63,896 nt of DNA, filler included, from Octopus bimaculoides (GCF_001194135.2; 4 parts of 4 records of this genome joined end to end with filler, not necessarily neighbours in it), one strand, 5' to 3'; positions 35,235 to 48,976 are shown, numbered from the whole stretch's first letter. Notes: a model not told the origin generated them from the letters alone. Made by a program: numbers and translations.

Positions 35235-35487
35235 AGAGGGTGTGTTTGTATATACAATTATATATTAGAAGGTACATATAAAGTGAGTTGTGTGTGTATA
35301 TATATAATATATAGAGGCTGTGTATACATATATGAGAGTTTGTGTGTGTATATATATATATATATGCATATATTTATTAGAGGATATGTCTCTATAGTAG
35401 GTATATATATATATATATAAGTATGGATATGTATATACATGTTTTTTATATTTAGTGTGTGTAGTTACATGTCTATTTGTTCTTGTG

Positions 35488-35519
<32 letters not shown>

Positions 35520-36090
35520 ATATANNNNNNNNNNNNNNNNNNNNNNNNNNNNNNNNNNNNNNNNNNNNNNNNNNNNNNNNNNNNNNNNNNNNNNNNNNNN
35601 NNNNNNNNNNNNNNNNNNNNNNNNNNNNNNNNNNNNNNNNNNNNNNNNNNNNNNNNNNNNNNNNNNNNNNNNNNNNNNNNNNNNNNNNNNNNNNNNNNNN
35701 NNNNNNNNNNNNNNNNNNNNNNNNNNNNNNNNNNNNNNNNNNNNNNNNNNNNNNNNNNNNNNNNNNNNNNNNNNNNNNNNNNNNNNNNNNNNNNNNNNNN
35801 NNNNNNNNNNNNNNNNNNNNNNNNNNNNNNNNNNNNNNNNNNNNNNNNNNNNNNNNNNNNNNNNNNNNNNNNNNNNNNNNNNNNNNNNNNNNNNNNNNNN
35901 NNNNNNNNNNNNNNNNNNNNNNNNNNNNNNNNNNNNNNNNNNNNNNNNNNNNNNNNNNNNNNNNNNNNNNNNNNNNNNNNNNNNNNNNNNNNNNNNNNNN
36001 NNNNNNNNNNNNNNNNNNNNNNNNNNNNNNNNNNNNNNNNNNNNNNNNNNNNNNNNNNNNNNNNNNNNNNNNNNNNNNNNNNNNNNNNNN

Positions 36091-36153
<63 letters not shown>

Positions 36154-36536
36154 TCATAAATACACATGTATAGGTATATATACATACATGCCTATTTATG
36201 TCCTCATATATGTAGGTATTGTACGGGTGTGTACATAAGGATTGATATGTAATGTAAGTATATAGTTTCGTGTGACGACGCCTTCTTAGTTCATATATAT
36301 ATATACGCACAGTTATATTGTATATTAGCGAGTATAGAAACTTCGTGTATTTAAGTTTGCGTGTGTGTAGCTGGATGTGTAAACATGTGTTTACCTACAT
36401 ATGTGTGTATGTTAGTATATGTCTACAAGTGTCTACGGTTGATGTAAACATTAACCAGTGTATACACGTGTGTATATTACTGTATATACGTGTATATGTA
36501 TATAGCTGTGTATATGCGTATCTATAAGAGTATGTA

Positions 36537-36583
<47 letters not shown>

Positions 36584-36632
36584 GTTTACACTTATAGACA
36601 TATATATATATGTCTACAAGTGTATACGTTTA

Positions 36633-36667
<35 letters not shown>

Positions 36668-36688
36668 GTCTACAAGTGTATACGTTTA

Positions 36689-36759
<71 letters not shown>

Positions 36760-37559
36760 ATGCTTATGTCTATGAGAGTGTGTTTGAGTTTATACATTAT
36801 ATATATATATATGGACGCAGGTATAGTCGCATGTTTAAAAAGTTGTCTTCGCAGTCTTAAAATCCTTGGTTCGATCTCACCGTGCAGTACCTTTCATGGT
36901 TTAGTATGAGGTCCAACCATTCAATGTAGAGGGAGGGTCCCCATTTACCCTAGTTCTCCTTTGTTTATTTAATAGCTGGGGAGCTAGGTTGGGTGATCAA
37001 ATAGCCCATTGATCATCGTCGTAACTGAAGCAGATCCCTCTTACGTTTTTGTATTGTGTATTGATGTCTTACTCCCTTCTCTCATGTGTGTGTGCATGTA
37101 AGAATGAATGTGTGTATGAATGTAGATACATGTGTTTGTGCGTGTATGTATACATGTAATGTGCGTATGTCTATGCATATATAGATGTGTATTTGTGCGC
37201 ATGCATGTATATACACGTGTGCACGAGCGCGTGTACGTATACGCGTGTGCGCGAGCATATGTATACGCGTACGTATACCTGATAGTGTATGTATGCGGCG
37301 TATGTGTACGCGGTCGTGTGTACTTATGCGTGTATGTGTACGCGGTCGTGTGTACTTATGCGTGTATGTATATGTTTGTGTGTGTGTGTGATAGATCGCT
37401 AACCACTACAAACATTTTTTTCTTAACTTGTTTCTTCCTGTGTTCTTTTCTGTGGAAGAGCGTAGGCTCGAAACGTTAAAGGCTTTTTCAATTCCCGAGC
37501 GTTATACTAATACTTCTGTTTGTTTTCTACACTGCCTGTCTTCGTCTGTTGTTTTTTTT

Positions 37560-38450
37560 TTGGGGTTGGACGATTTGACTGGGGACTGGTGAACCAGGTG
37601 GCTACACCAGACTCCAATCTGATTTGGCAGAGTTTCTACAGCTGGATGCCCTTCCTAACGCCAACCACTCTGAGAGTGTAGTGGGTGCTTTTACGTGCCA
37701 CTGGCACGAAGGCCAGTCAGGCGCTACTGGCAACGGCCACTCTCGAAATGGTGTATTTTACATGCCACCTGCACAGGAGCCAGTCCAGCAGCATTGGCAA
37801 CGATCTCGATTCGAATGTCTTTTCACGTGCCACCAGCACAAGTGACGATCACGCTCAAATGGTGCTATTTATGTGCCACTGGCACGGAAGCCAGACAGCT
37901 GCTCTGGCAACGATCACGCTCGGACGGTGCTCTTAGTGCTCCACTGGTACAGGTGCCGTCATGATTTCGCTTTCACTTGCCCCAACAGGTCTTCGCAAGC
38001 CGAGCATATTGTTCACTGTAAGAGACGTTGGCATGGGTGCCAGTCGTCAAATTTAGTTCGATTTTGATTCCGATTTCACTTGCCTCAAAAGGTCTTTGCA
38101 AGCGGAGTTTAGTGTCCAATGAAGGAATGGTACGCATATGTGGGCTGTCTGCATCCCTGGCAGGGGCCTTGGATTTTGGTCTCACTTGGCTTGCCGGGTT
38201 TTCTCATGCACAGCATATTTCCAAAGGTCTCGGTCACAAGTCATTGCTTCGGTGAGGCCTAATGTTCGGAGGTCGTGCTTCACCACCTCATCCCAGGTCT
38301 TCCTGGGCCTGCCTCTTCCACAGGTTCCCTCAACCGCTAGGGTGTGGCACTTTTTCACACAGCTTTCCTCATCCATTCTCGCCACATGACCATACCAGCG
38401 CAGTTGTTTCTCTTGCACACCACCTCTGATGCTTCTTGTGTCCAACTTTC
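37560..38450 (-). mobile_element. RTE-clade LINE 3' end (ORF2 C-terminus plus 3' UTR with about 65-bp internal repeats)
   Basis: ORF 38182..38487 QLRWYGHVARMDEESCVKK...RGRPRKTWDEVVKHDL; four GTGCCACTGGCAC...CTGGCAACGATCACGCTC units at 37690-37960. Confidence 0.9.
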
Positions 38451-39039
38451 CTCTCTTTATATATATATATATATATATAAACCACATGTGGTTGTACGAT
38501 CCAAGGATCTAAGTGTGGGAAGTTTGTAAGCTTTGAACACTCAGTGGTAGCTATAAAAAACAATATTCAGGAATAATAATAATTTATTGTGATGAAAGTT
38601 GTAGGCTTTTCCCATATCAAAGTTTGATAATCTGAAAAAATTTATGTGCACCTCACAGTCAGCAACTACAGTTGCTATGAACACGAGTAAAAATCCAAAC
38701 TAAGAGAGTGAAACCGGTAAAATTCAGGTGACATAGAATTCCTCGTTAGCAGATTCTCTGATGTAATAATTACTCAAAAAGGGGTACTTGTCTAGTTAAT
38801 TGTCTGGCTGAAAATACCTTAATTATACCTTCATATAATTATAACCTTCACACAGTTAGGCTGTGGGTAAGAAGCTTGCTTCCCAACCACATGGTTCCGG
38901 GTTCGATCCCACTGTGTGGCACCTTGGGCAAGTGTCTTCTACTATAACCTTGGTCTGACCAAAGCCTTGTGAGTGGATTTGGTAGATGGAAACTGAAAGA
39001 AGCCCATTGTATATATATATATATACATATACATACATA

Positions 39040-39224
39040 TCTGTAAAAATATGTGACACTTATTCAGTAGCCATGGTAAAACTCCGAGTTTCAGATGCCA
39101 GGGTGGGAGCCCACACCAACATCTCTTCAGCTATCCGGCCATTGAAAATTCCTGTGAAAAATGACCATTAAAAACAAAGAAGTTTTATCATGGCTACTGA
39201 ATAAGTGTCATATATTTTTACAGA
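39040..39224. mobile_element. 185-bp MITE with about 44-bp TIRs and TA target-site duplication, nested in a SINE A copy
   Basis: TCTGTAAAAATATGTGACACTTATTCAGTAGCCATGGTAAAACT (39040-39083) against 39181-39224, 2 mismatches; TA at 39038-39 and 39225-26. Confidence 0.8.
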
Positions 39225-39283
39225 TAAATTCCTCTATTTACATAATATTGAGGTCTCCTTCTTTCTTTTGTTGTCCTTCCTGT

Positions 39284-39331
<48 letters not shown>

Positions 39332-39619
39332 TACATATATATATATATATAACACAACCCCACCATTTACTGACTTATATATATATATATATACTTCTGT
39401 GTGTCTTTGTGTCTGTGTTTGTCTCCCCACCATTGCTTGCCAACCAATGTTGGTGTGCTTACATGTGTTTACTTAGCAGTTCAGCTAAAGAAACCGACAG
39501 AATAAGTCAAACGATTGAACCAGGTAAAAAAAAAAAATACACATACACGCATAAAGGGATGTTGAAAAGTTCCTGGCTTTGGCTAAAAGAAAATACAGGA
39601 AGATCAGTTGATTATCATG

Positions 39620-40815
39620 GGTTCAACATGGAGTAGGACCGCCTTTGGCACTAATTACAGCTTGAATTCTACAAGGTATAGACTCGTGCAAAGTTTGAAT
39701 TGTTTCCAAAGGAATTTTTGTCCATTCTTCAGCTAAAACAGTCTCCAGTTCTTGTAGTGATGATGGTGGAGGATATCGACTCCTTACTTGTTTTTCTAAA
39801 ATGCAACATAAATGTTCAATAATATTGAGATGTGGGGACTGTGGTGGCCAGATAAGATGTTCAACTTTACTAGAAATGTTCTTCGTGCCATTCAGTAACA
39901 ACTTTAGCTGTGTGAATTGGTGCATTATCATCCTGAAAGATTGCGTTTCCCTCCAGAAACAGTTCTGCAACCATAGGATGTATTTGATCAGATAAAATGC
40001 TTAAATAGACTTAAATATTAATTCTGCCTTGAAGGGAAACCATTGGGTCAGCAGATTTCCAAGATAAACCCCCCCAGATAATCACAGATCCTCCTCCATG
40101 TTTAACAGTTGGAAGAAGGCAGTCTGTGTCAAATGCTTCTTTTGGCTGTCGCCACACATATACTCGGCTGGTGGTTGGAAATAGGGTAAAGGATGACTCG
40201 TCTGAGAAAATAACGTTCTTCCACTGCTCTAGGGACCAATTCTGTAGGTTTTTACTCCACTCTAAATGCTTTGCAACATTTGTTTTTGAAAGTAGTGGTT
40301 TTCTGATTGCAGCCCTCCTGTGAAATCCAGCTTTGTGCAGCTCCCATTGAACAGTTTTTGTGGAAACTGGGTTCTCGAGGTGGTCATTAAGCTCTGCAAT
40401 AATTTTGGGAACTGTACTTTGTGATCCTTTCTAACATTTCGTGTAAAAGTCCGACAGTCCCTATCTAAAAGTTTTGGTTTTCTTCCAGAGTTTTGTTTCA
40501 ATGAGGAGGTTTTTCCCCCTTTCTCAAAGGCTGTCATTACTTTCAAGGCAGTACTCCTTGATACATCAAACATTTCAGCTGTTTTCATTACGCTAGCACC
40601 TGCCATATGAACACCAACAATTTGACCTCTTTGAAAGTCCAATAGATCTGTCATTTTAATGAATTTTAATTACCTTTTTCTGATGGTATCTGAAAAGAAA
40701 CAGCAATTTTAGCAAAACATATTAAGCAACACTAATAATAAATCAGAAAACATAATAATAAACAAGCTTTTGATGGTTTTATAGGTATTTCAAAATTATG
40801 ATGCTATAATGCTAG
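39620..40815 (-). mobile_element. Tc1-family DNA transposon with frameshifted transposase
   Basis: ORF 40262..40654 (DFQRGQIVG...SRST..KV...GRKPKL, paired HTH) and ORF 39623..39970 (WPPQSPHLNIIEHL...I.AKGG.T; the SPDLNxIE Asp is replaced by His). Confidence 0.9.
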
Positions 40816-40914
40816 GTATGTGTGTGTGTGTGTGTGTGTGTAATACAATGTATATACATATATATATATATACACAAATATATACATACACACACACACA
40901 CATGTATATATATT

Positions 40915-41420
<506 letters not shown>

Positions 41421-41450
41421 TATATATACACATATATACACCTATACGCC

Positions 41451-41494
<44 letters not shown>

Positions 41495-42214
41495 TGTATA
41501 TACATATCTATATATATGCATATANNNNNNNNNNCACTTACACACACACACAGACATATTTATTTATTTATTTATTTATTTATTTATGTGTTTCAGCCAA
41601 GTGGCTGCGGTCATGCTGGTGCACCACCATATTAATAAATATTAAATAATTGATAAATATTAAAAATATGAAAGTATAGTGCCTGAAAGAAAATTTCATG
41701 TAAATATGTATGACCTAGTATTATACACATGTATATACACCCATTGGAGCAGACAATCCATCTGTGGCCATCCCACTTTAAAAAAATCATACATCAAGGA
41801 CTATATTATCTTGGGTGTCCTTCCATCAGTGTTGCCGAGAGATTTGGCTGCTACTTTTAGCATGTCTCTGAGGAGTATGTAACGAGATTTTGACACAAGG
41901 TAGTTATGTAGGACACAATGTTGATGATCTAATTAATGTTATGTTAACGAGCTTGCTGTGAGGGATATTGTCATTCACATGTCATGGTTGGTGTGTATAC
42001 ATACGCACACATGTTGTTGTGTCGGTTGTCATCTCATGTGAACTCAGATTCTGCTGTCCATTGATTAAAACAAGTAAAAGAAAAAGGATATACATTAAGT
42101 GTATGACATTAATTACGATTTCAAATTTTGGCACAGGGCCAGCAATTTCAAGGAAGGGAACAGGTCCCCTTGCTTTTACCAACATCCTTAAAGGGTATTG
42201 TATTAGTTATACAG

Positions 42215-42490
42215 GAGGCACAATGGCCCAGTGGTTAGGGCAGCGGACTCGCAGTTGGAGGATCGCAGTTTCGATTCCCAGACCGGGCGTTGTGAGTGTT
42301 TATTGAGCGAAAATACCTAAAGCTCCATGAGGATCCATGAGGATCCAGGTTGTACTCTTTCGCCCCAACTTTCTCTCACTCTTTCTTCCTGTTTCTTGAG
42401 TAACGCTGTGATGGATGGCGTCCCGTCCAGCTGGGGAGAAACACATATGCCATAGAAACTGGGAAACCGGGCCCATGAGCCTGGGTAGGC
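42215..42490 (+). mobile_element. tRNA-derived SINE (family D)
   Basis: GGAGGCACAATGGCCCAGTGGTTAGGGCAGCGGACTCGCAG...GTTTCGATTCCC head with A/B-box-like segments. Confidence 0.75.
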
Positions 42491-43851
42491 TTTAGTAGAA
42501 GACACTTGCCCAAGGTGCCACACAGTGGGACTGAACCCGGAACCATGTGGTTGGTAAGCAAGCTACTTACCACACAGCCACTCCTGCGCCTATAAATTAG
42601 GGTTCGCTAACTTATTTACGTATGAAAAATATATAAACACATATATATGAAATGATGCCCATGATTGCACATTCAATATACTAGTAGAAATTAAAAAGTA
42701 AAATACAAAAGCACTCATTATGCTCCATGACAGCTTTGGCATGGTTTCTGTGACTGGATGCATTTCTTAACACCAACCATTTTACAGAGTGCACTGGGTG
42801 TTGTTTTTTTGTGCCATCAACCCCAGTGAAATCACTATATAGCTTGGAAGACTGCAGACCTCAAGTGGGAAGTGGGGACTTCATGCAAGGGGATTAAAGA
42901 ATAGAGAGGGGTAACTTTATGCTAGGAGAATGAGTTGAGTGGGGGGAAATTTATAGTATGAGAATAAGAAGAGGGGTAGAGTATGAGAGAAAAGGGCTGA
43001 TGTAAGCAGGTTTCTTGTTGACTGCACATGTGTTTAGAAGGGCTGGTGAAGGGGGCGGGGAGCTAGAAGTGTCAGGGTGGACCCTCAAGCTACAAGGTGG
43101 GTAGGAAAGAGTAGGGTAGGGGGTGCCAGATGTGAGTGGGAGGAGTGAGGGATGTCTGGTGTAGGGTGGCAGGTTAGAGCTGATGGTACAGTAGACAGGT
43201 GGATGAAAGAGAGCTGACAAGCTGTTGAGTAGGTTGCGGCGGGGGGGGGGNNNNNNNNNNGATGGGGAAGAGAGAGAGAGGTGGGTGGCGAGAGACACAG
43301 ACAGATAGGGAGGGAGATAGAGAGAGGTAGGTAGGAAGGTGCAGTGTATGATGAAGGTAGGATGTATGGCACAAAATGGGGAAAAGAATATATTTATAGA
43401 ATTGTGTCACAGGTGCAACCATCTTGGCTTACATTCAGTCATAGTGTATCTAGGACTACACTAGACAGTGTATAGTGTAGTAGTAGTTAGTGACTACAGT
43501 TGTTACTTAGCCCCAGGTCAGCCTGATTTAGCAGACCTCTGATCAGAGATGTCCCAGCTCTGACCATCCCAATTTTTATTTAGACATAATGTATAGTATA
43601 GCCAGTCCTCAGTCAAATCGTCCAACCCATGCTAGAATGGAAAGCAGGCGTTAAACGACGATGATGATGATGAGCGCTTGTATGAGAAGCTGGATCTGGT
43701 AGTTTGAAATAAAACGAGTAGAATATAAGTCAGATATGGCTGGTTAAACTGTTTAGCCGTCAGATTAGTCTCGTAAATGTAATGCTTATTTACATTGCTT
43801 TAGATTAATCATGGCTTATCTTGTAGCTTTGAGATTTCAATGTTATGACTC

Positions 43852-44166
43852 TTTTACTCTTTTACTTGTTTCAGTCATTTGACTGCGGCCATGCTGGAGC
43901 ACCGCCTTTAGTCGAATCAAATCAACCCCAGGACTTATTCTTTGTAAGCCTAGTACTTATTCTATCGGGTCACTTTTTGCCGAACCGCTAAGTTACGGGG
44001 ACATGATCACACCAGCATCGGTTGTCAAGCGATGCTGGGTGGGCGGGACAAACACAGACACACAAACACATACATATATATACATATATACGACGGACTT
44101 CTTCCAGTTTCCATCTACCAAATCCACTCACAAGGCTTTGGTCGGCCCGAGGCTATAGTAGAAGAC
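43852..44166 (-). mobile_element. SINE family A, 5' end lost in a gap
   Basis: High identity to 53788-54194. Confidence 0.9.
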
Positions 44167-44539
44167 NNNNNNNNNNNNNNNNNNNNNNNNNNNNNNNNNN
44201 NNNNNNNNNNNNNNNNNNNNNNNNNNNNNNNNNNNNNNNNNNNNNNNNNNNNNNNNNNNNNNNNNNNNNNNNNNNNNNNNNNNNNNNNNNNNNNNNNNNN
44301 NNNNNNNNNNNNNNNNNNNNNNNNNNNNNNNNNNNNNNNNNNNNNNNNNNNNNNNNNNNNNNNNNNNNNNNNNNNNNNNNNNNNNNNNNNNNNNNNNNNN
44401 NNNNNNNNNNNNNNNNNNNNNNNNNNNNNNNNNNNNNNNNNNNNNNNNNNNNNNNNNNNNNNNNNNNNNNNNNNNNNNNNNNNNNNNNNNNNNNNNNNNN
44501 NNNNNNNNNNNNNNNNNNNNNNNNNNNNNNNNNNNNNNN

Positions 44540-44895
44540 GCACTGGGGTCGATGTAATCGACTTAATCCGTTCGTCTGTTCTTGTTTGTTCCCTCTATGT
44601 TTAGCCCCTTGTGGGCAATAACGAAATAGGTATTTTGTCTGCTGTTACGTTCTGAGTTCAAATTCCGCCGAGGTTGACTTTGCCTTTTATCCTTTCGGGA
44701 TCGATAAATTAAGTACCAGTTACGCACTGGGGTCAATGTAATCGACTTAATCCCTTTGTCTGTCCTTGTTTGTCCCCTCTGTATGTAGCCCCTTGTGGGC
44801 AATAAAGAAATAGGAAATGTTATCACGCTGGGTGAAATGCTTAGTGGTGTTTTGTCTGTCTTTACATTCTGAGTTCAAATTCTGCCGAGGTCTAA
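44540..44895 (+). mobile_element. SINE family B, tandem copies
   Basis: Two GCACTGGGGTCGATGTAATCGACTTAATCC...GCCCCTTGTGGGCAATAA tails and a third partial head. Confidence 0.85.
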
Positions 44896-45194
44896 TGTAA
44901 TATAGGGGCCATACAGTTTGTGTGACACAACATGTGTAGAATATAGCTTCCTTGAGAACTCTTTTGATAGACTTTTGGTAGATTTGAGTGAGTTTGGTTT
45001 ATGTTGGTCGATAGCTTCTTTAATCCTTTTAATATCAACCTCTGTGAGACTGTCCTAGTTCTATGGGTACAAAATTACTGTTTTAAAATGATCTAAATTA
45101 AAACCTATCAAATTTCATGTTAATTTTTCTTCCAAACACCAGCTTAATAATGACAAAATTATTTTACTGAATCTTTCATGATTTTCATAATTAA

Positions 45195-45463
45195 CCCATA
45201 AACTGCAGGGATTTTGCTGTATGTAACACGAACTGCTGAGCCTATTTTGGGTAAAGGTCAACTTCGATCTTTCACTCGAAAAAAATACTCAGTGTTTAAC
45301 ACCTTCTGTGATTGACTACCCTGTTTCTGGGGTGAAAGGGTATCGTGTGCATACATTATATGTCATCAAAATTAGGTCAGATCATGCCCTACTTCCGTGG
45401 CCACGCACGTAGCCTGTCGCACTGTCGCGTTGGCCACTGAGGTAGCCTATCACAGTTTATGGG
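45195..45463. mobile_element. 269-bp piggyBac-type MITE
   Basis: TTAA|CCCATAAACTG ... CAGTTTATGGG|TTAA: perfect 11-bp TIRs starting CCC, with TTAA at 45191-94 and 45464-67. Confidence 0.8.
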
Positions 45464-45475
45464 TTAACTGAAATA

Positions 45476-45693
45476 GCATATTCTGTTGTGTCTGGGGAGA
45501 GTCGTTTTCTTGTCGTGCCTTAAAATTTAACACACTCACCGTTAAAATTTCCACTTATTATTTTTAATTTCCTAAAATTATTTTCCTAAAATTTTAGGAA
45601 AATAAAAATAAAAAGTGGAAATTTTAACGGTGAGTGTGTTAAATTTTAAGGCACGACAAGAAAACGACTCTCCCCAGACACAACAGAATATGC
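45476..45693. repeat. 218-bp foldback with 81-bp perfect inverted arms
   Basis: 45476-45556 is the exact reverse complement of 45613-45693; the AT-rich centre is also nearly palindromic. Confidence 0.95.
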
Positions 45694-46789
45694 TTCAACA
45701 CACAAACTCACATAAAAAATCTTGCAAACCAAACCCAAAAACGAAAAATGAAATGGTATATTTCAACAGAAATGTGGTAACTAAAGGGTTAAAGCGATCT
45801 GAATTAAAAGCCTTCCATCAAAATTTCATGTTAATTTATGTTCCAAACATCAGCTTCATAACGACAAAGTTATTTTACTTAATCCTTTGCTATTTTCAGA
45901 GTTAATTGAAACAAAGGCAATGTACTTCAACAGAAATATAGTAACAAAAGGATTAAACTTTGCCTTCTGTCAACAATTGCTTCGAGTTCTTTGGTTGCCT
46001 ATCAGTTTGAATGAGTGTACAGTCATTTATTAAATACTCTTGTCTTATGATAGGTAAGTTTGTTTTGGCAGTGTTAAAAATATTCTGTTGACAATGGGCT
46101 GTGTGTCACTATAAAAGTACATTGTAGTACTTACTAACAGCAGCGACAGTCTTACTGTTTTATAGATACGTAGACATTCCGGGCCACATTACTTGCATAT
46201 TTGGGACAGCATTATATACAGACGCACAGATGACATGGGCCTCATAAACACTGCTGCTTATATATCCAGAAAAGTCCTGCTGTTAAACACAGCCATCAGA
46301 ATAGTCCTGCTGTTACAAATAATCATCTGCAGGAGTAACACTTTCTCTTTCGAGCCAGGAGATATTTGAGTGCCTCTTCAAAAGTTCAAGTAAGGAGATC
46401 TGTCCAGAAACACAGTTCCCCACATAATCTGAGAGACTGTGCTGCTTCTACGCCCTCGAAACAGGTTTGCAATAAATTCTTCGTGAGTCACAATTACATT
46501 TTCAAAAATACATCAACTGTAATTACGGTGCCCAGCTGATAACATTGTTTGCAAATTCGTCATGCCAAATGCATCACCATCATCGTCGTCATCACAGTAT
46601 GTCCATTTTCCATGTTCACATAGAACGGACTGTTTGATAGGAATGAACAGGTCTGAGGATTGCCTCATGCTCCAGTGTCTGCTTTGGTATGGTTTCTGTA
46701 GCTCAGTGGTTCACAATCATTTTGCTGTTTTTAAACCCCTTTCATTCCTATTTTGCACTACTGGGCTTCCATAGCCATCTTCTATTTTT

Positions 46790-47185
46790 TTAAATCTTTT
46801 ACTTGTTTGTCATTTTGACTGTGGCCATACTGGGGCACTGTCCTGAAGGTCTTTTTTGATCAAATGAATCAATCTCCAGGACTTTTTTCTTAAGCCTAAT
46901 ACTTATTCTATCAGTTTCTTTTGCTGAACCAGTAAGTTACAGTGATGTAAACACATCAACATTGGTTGTCAAGCAATGGTGGGTGGACAAAACACACACA
47001 CATACACACACACACACACACGACAGGCTTCTTTCAGTTTCCATCTACCAAATCCTCTCACAAGGTGTTGGTTGGCTCAAAGCTATAGTAAAAGACACTT
47101 GCCCAGGATTCCATGCAGTAGGACTGAACCCAGAACCATGGAGTTGGAAAGCAAGCATCTTATTACACAGTCACACTTGCACCTA
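46790..47185 (-). mobile_element. SINE family A, diverged copy
   Basis: Tail and head motifs as in the other copies. Confidence 0.8.
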
Positions 47186-47224
47186 TGTATACATATATAA
47201 ATTTTACTGTACATTATTTACATT

Positions 47225-47800
47225 TGACAGATATTTATCCCCATCTTGTTTGTTGTTAACACAACATTTCGGCTGATATACCCTCCAGCCTTCATCAGGT
47301 GTCTTGGGGAAATTTCGAACCTGGTTTCTCATTCCTAAGGTATTATTATTATTTTTAATATTCAGGTCACTGCCTGGAATCGAATTCGGAATCATGAGGT
47401 TAGTAGCCTGCACTCTTANNNNNNNNNNNNNNNNNNNNNNNNNNNNNNNNNNNNNNNNNNNNNNNNNNNNNNNNNNNNNNNNNNNNNNNNNNNNNNNNNN
47501 NNNNNNNNNNNNNNNNNNNNNNNNNNNNNNNNNNNNNNNNNNNNNNNNNNNNNNNNNNNNNNNNNNNNNNNNNNNNNNNNNNNNNGAGAACCCAGGTTCG
47601 AAATTTCCCCCAGATTTCTTCAGGTGTCTTGGGGAAATTTCGAACCTGGGTTCTCATTCCTAAGGTATTTTTCGACATTATTATTATTATTATTGTTGTT
47701 GTTATTATTCAGGTCACTGCTTGGAATCGAACTCGGAATCAAATGTAAATAATGTACATAATTCCTCATCTCTTAAATGTAGAACTGTATTATCAAATCT
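47225..47800 (-). mobile_element. Penelope-like element terminal repeat region with a hammerhead-like core and a 25-bp inverted repeat
   Basis: Minus strand CTGATGA-A-GGCTG-(10 nt)-CAGCC-GAAA at 47298-47267; partial repeat after the gap; perfect 25-bp arms at 47586-47610 and 47631-47655. Confidence 0.55.
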
Positions 47801-48559
47801 TATTGTATCTTTATAAATAACTAGAAAAGCACTCGGAGAGTGCAAACCTCTGCCAAGCAGCTCATTTTAAGATAGATACGCGAGTAAGGTTACTAATAGA
47901 GAAACAAAAATAAACTTTGGAAACAGCAATGCCACCATAGGTTACGTGGAAACGATGAATGTGTTTTCAAGAGAGATAATCAAAGAACGTAACATTGTAA
48001 TACTTCATGTAAAGTAAATGTAACGGATCTTTTTTAAAACGGGGGCCACATTTTTCATTAACGAAACACTTTGAAACTTGGAACACTGGTAGAATGTGTC
48101 ATATAAAACATCTTTTTCTCTTAGTCTTCTTAAAAAAAAAAAGAAATCCCTAAGTTATTCCATGTTAAAGTTGTCGTATTTCTGTAATTTCAACCAATCA
48201 GGACTAACCTGGGGTTAAACAACTATAGCCACTAATACTAGCTACTATACTATACATCAGATAATGTAGTCTTAGAGATCATTGATCATAGGTCTTTGAC
48301 CCGGGGTTAAACAACAACCTATGCAGGGTGTTACCCTGGTGATTGCTCATTTTTATGTATCTATGCTATTTATATATTATCATTCATATCAGGTGATTAG
48401 AGAGGTGTGTGTGTATGTGTGTGTGTGTGTGTGTGTGTATGTGTGTGTGTGTGTGTGTGTGTATGTGTGTGTTTGTGTGTATGTTCCTCTCAGTCTGTCT
48501 ATCTGTCTGCCTAGCTATCCATCTATCTGTACATAGCTGGCTATTAAGTTTATGTATTT

Positions 48560-48976
48560 GTGTGTGTGTGTGTAAATCTATAACTGTATATGTATAGATG
48601 TATACATGTATGTATATATATATATGTATAGATGTGTATATATATAACATCATCATAGTTTAACGTCCGCTTTATATATATATATATAGATGTATGTATA
48701 TATATATGTATAGATGTATGTATATATATATGTATAGATGTATTTATATATATATGAATAGATGTATGCATATATGTATGTATAGATGTATGTATATATA
48801 TGAATAGATGTATGTGTATATATGTATAGATGTATGTGTATATATGTATAGATGTATGTATATATATGTATAGATGTATGTATATATATGTATAGATGTA
48901 TGTATATATATGTATAGATGTATTTATATATATGAATAGATGTATGTATATATATGTATAGATGTATGTATATATA
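48560..48976. repeat. About 20-22-bp AT-rich minisatellite (TATGTATATATATGTATAGATG)
   Basis: TAGATG anchor recurs at regular intervals up to the gap. Confidence 0.9.

Noticed and set aside
37690-37960. Regularly spaced repeats resembling a CRISPR array (also 25901-25976 and 29000-30070)
   Set aside because: Eukaryotic context, no unique spacers of constant length and no cas genes; these are an RTE 3' UTR repeat and minisatellites.
39060-39157. Exon-like segment on the minus strand (GIFNGRIAEEMLVW...)
   Set aside because: It lies within the TA-flanked MITE and runs into its TIR.
46166-46370. 67-codon open frame after an acceptor-like site
   Set aside because: No recognisable domain, no partner exons and no codon-level support.
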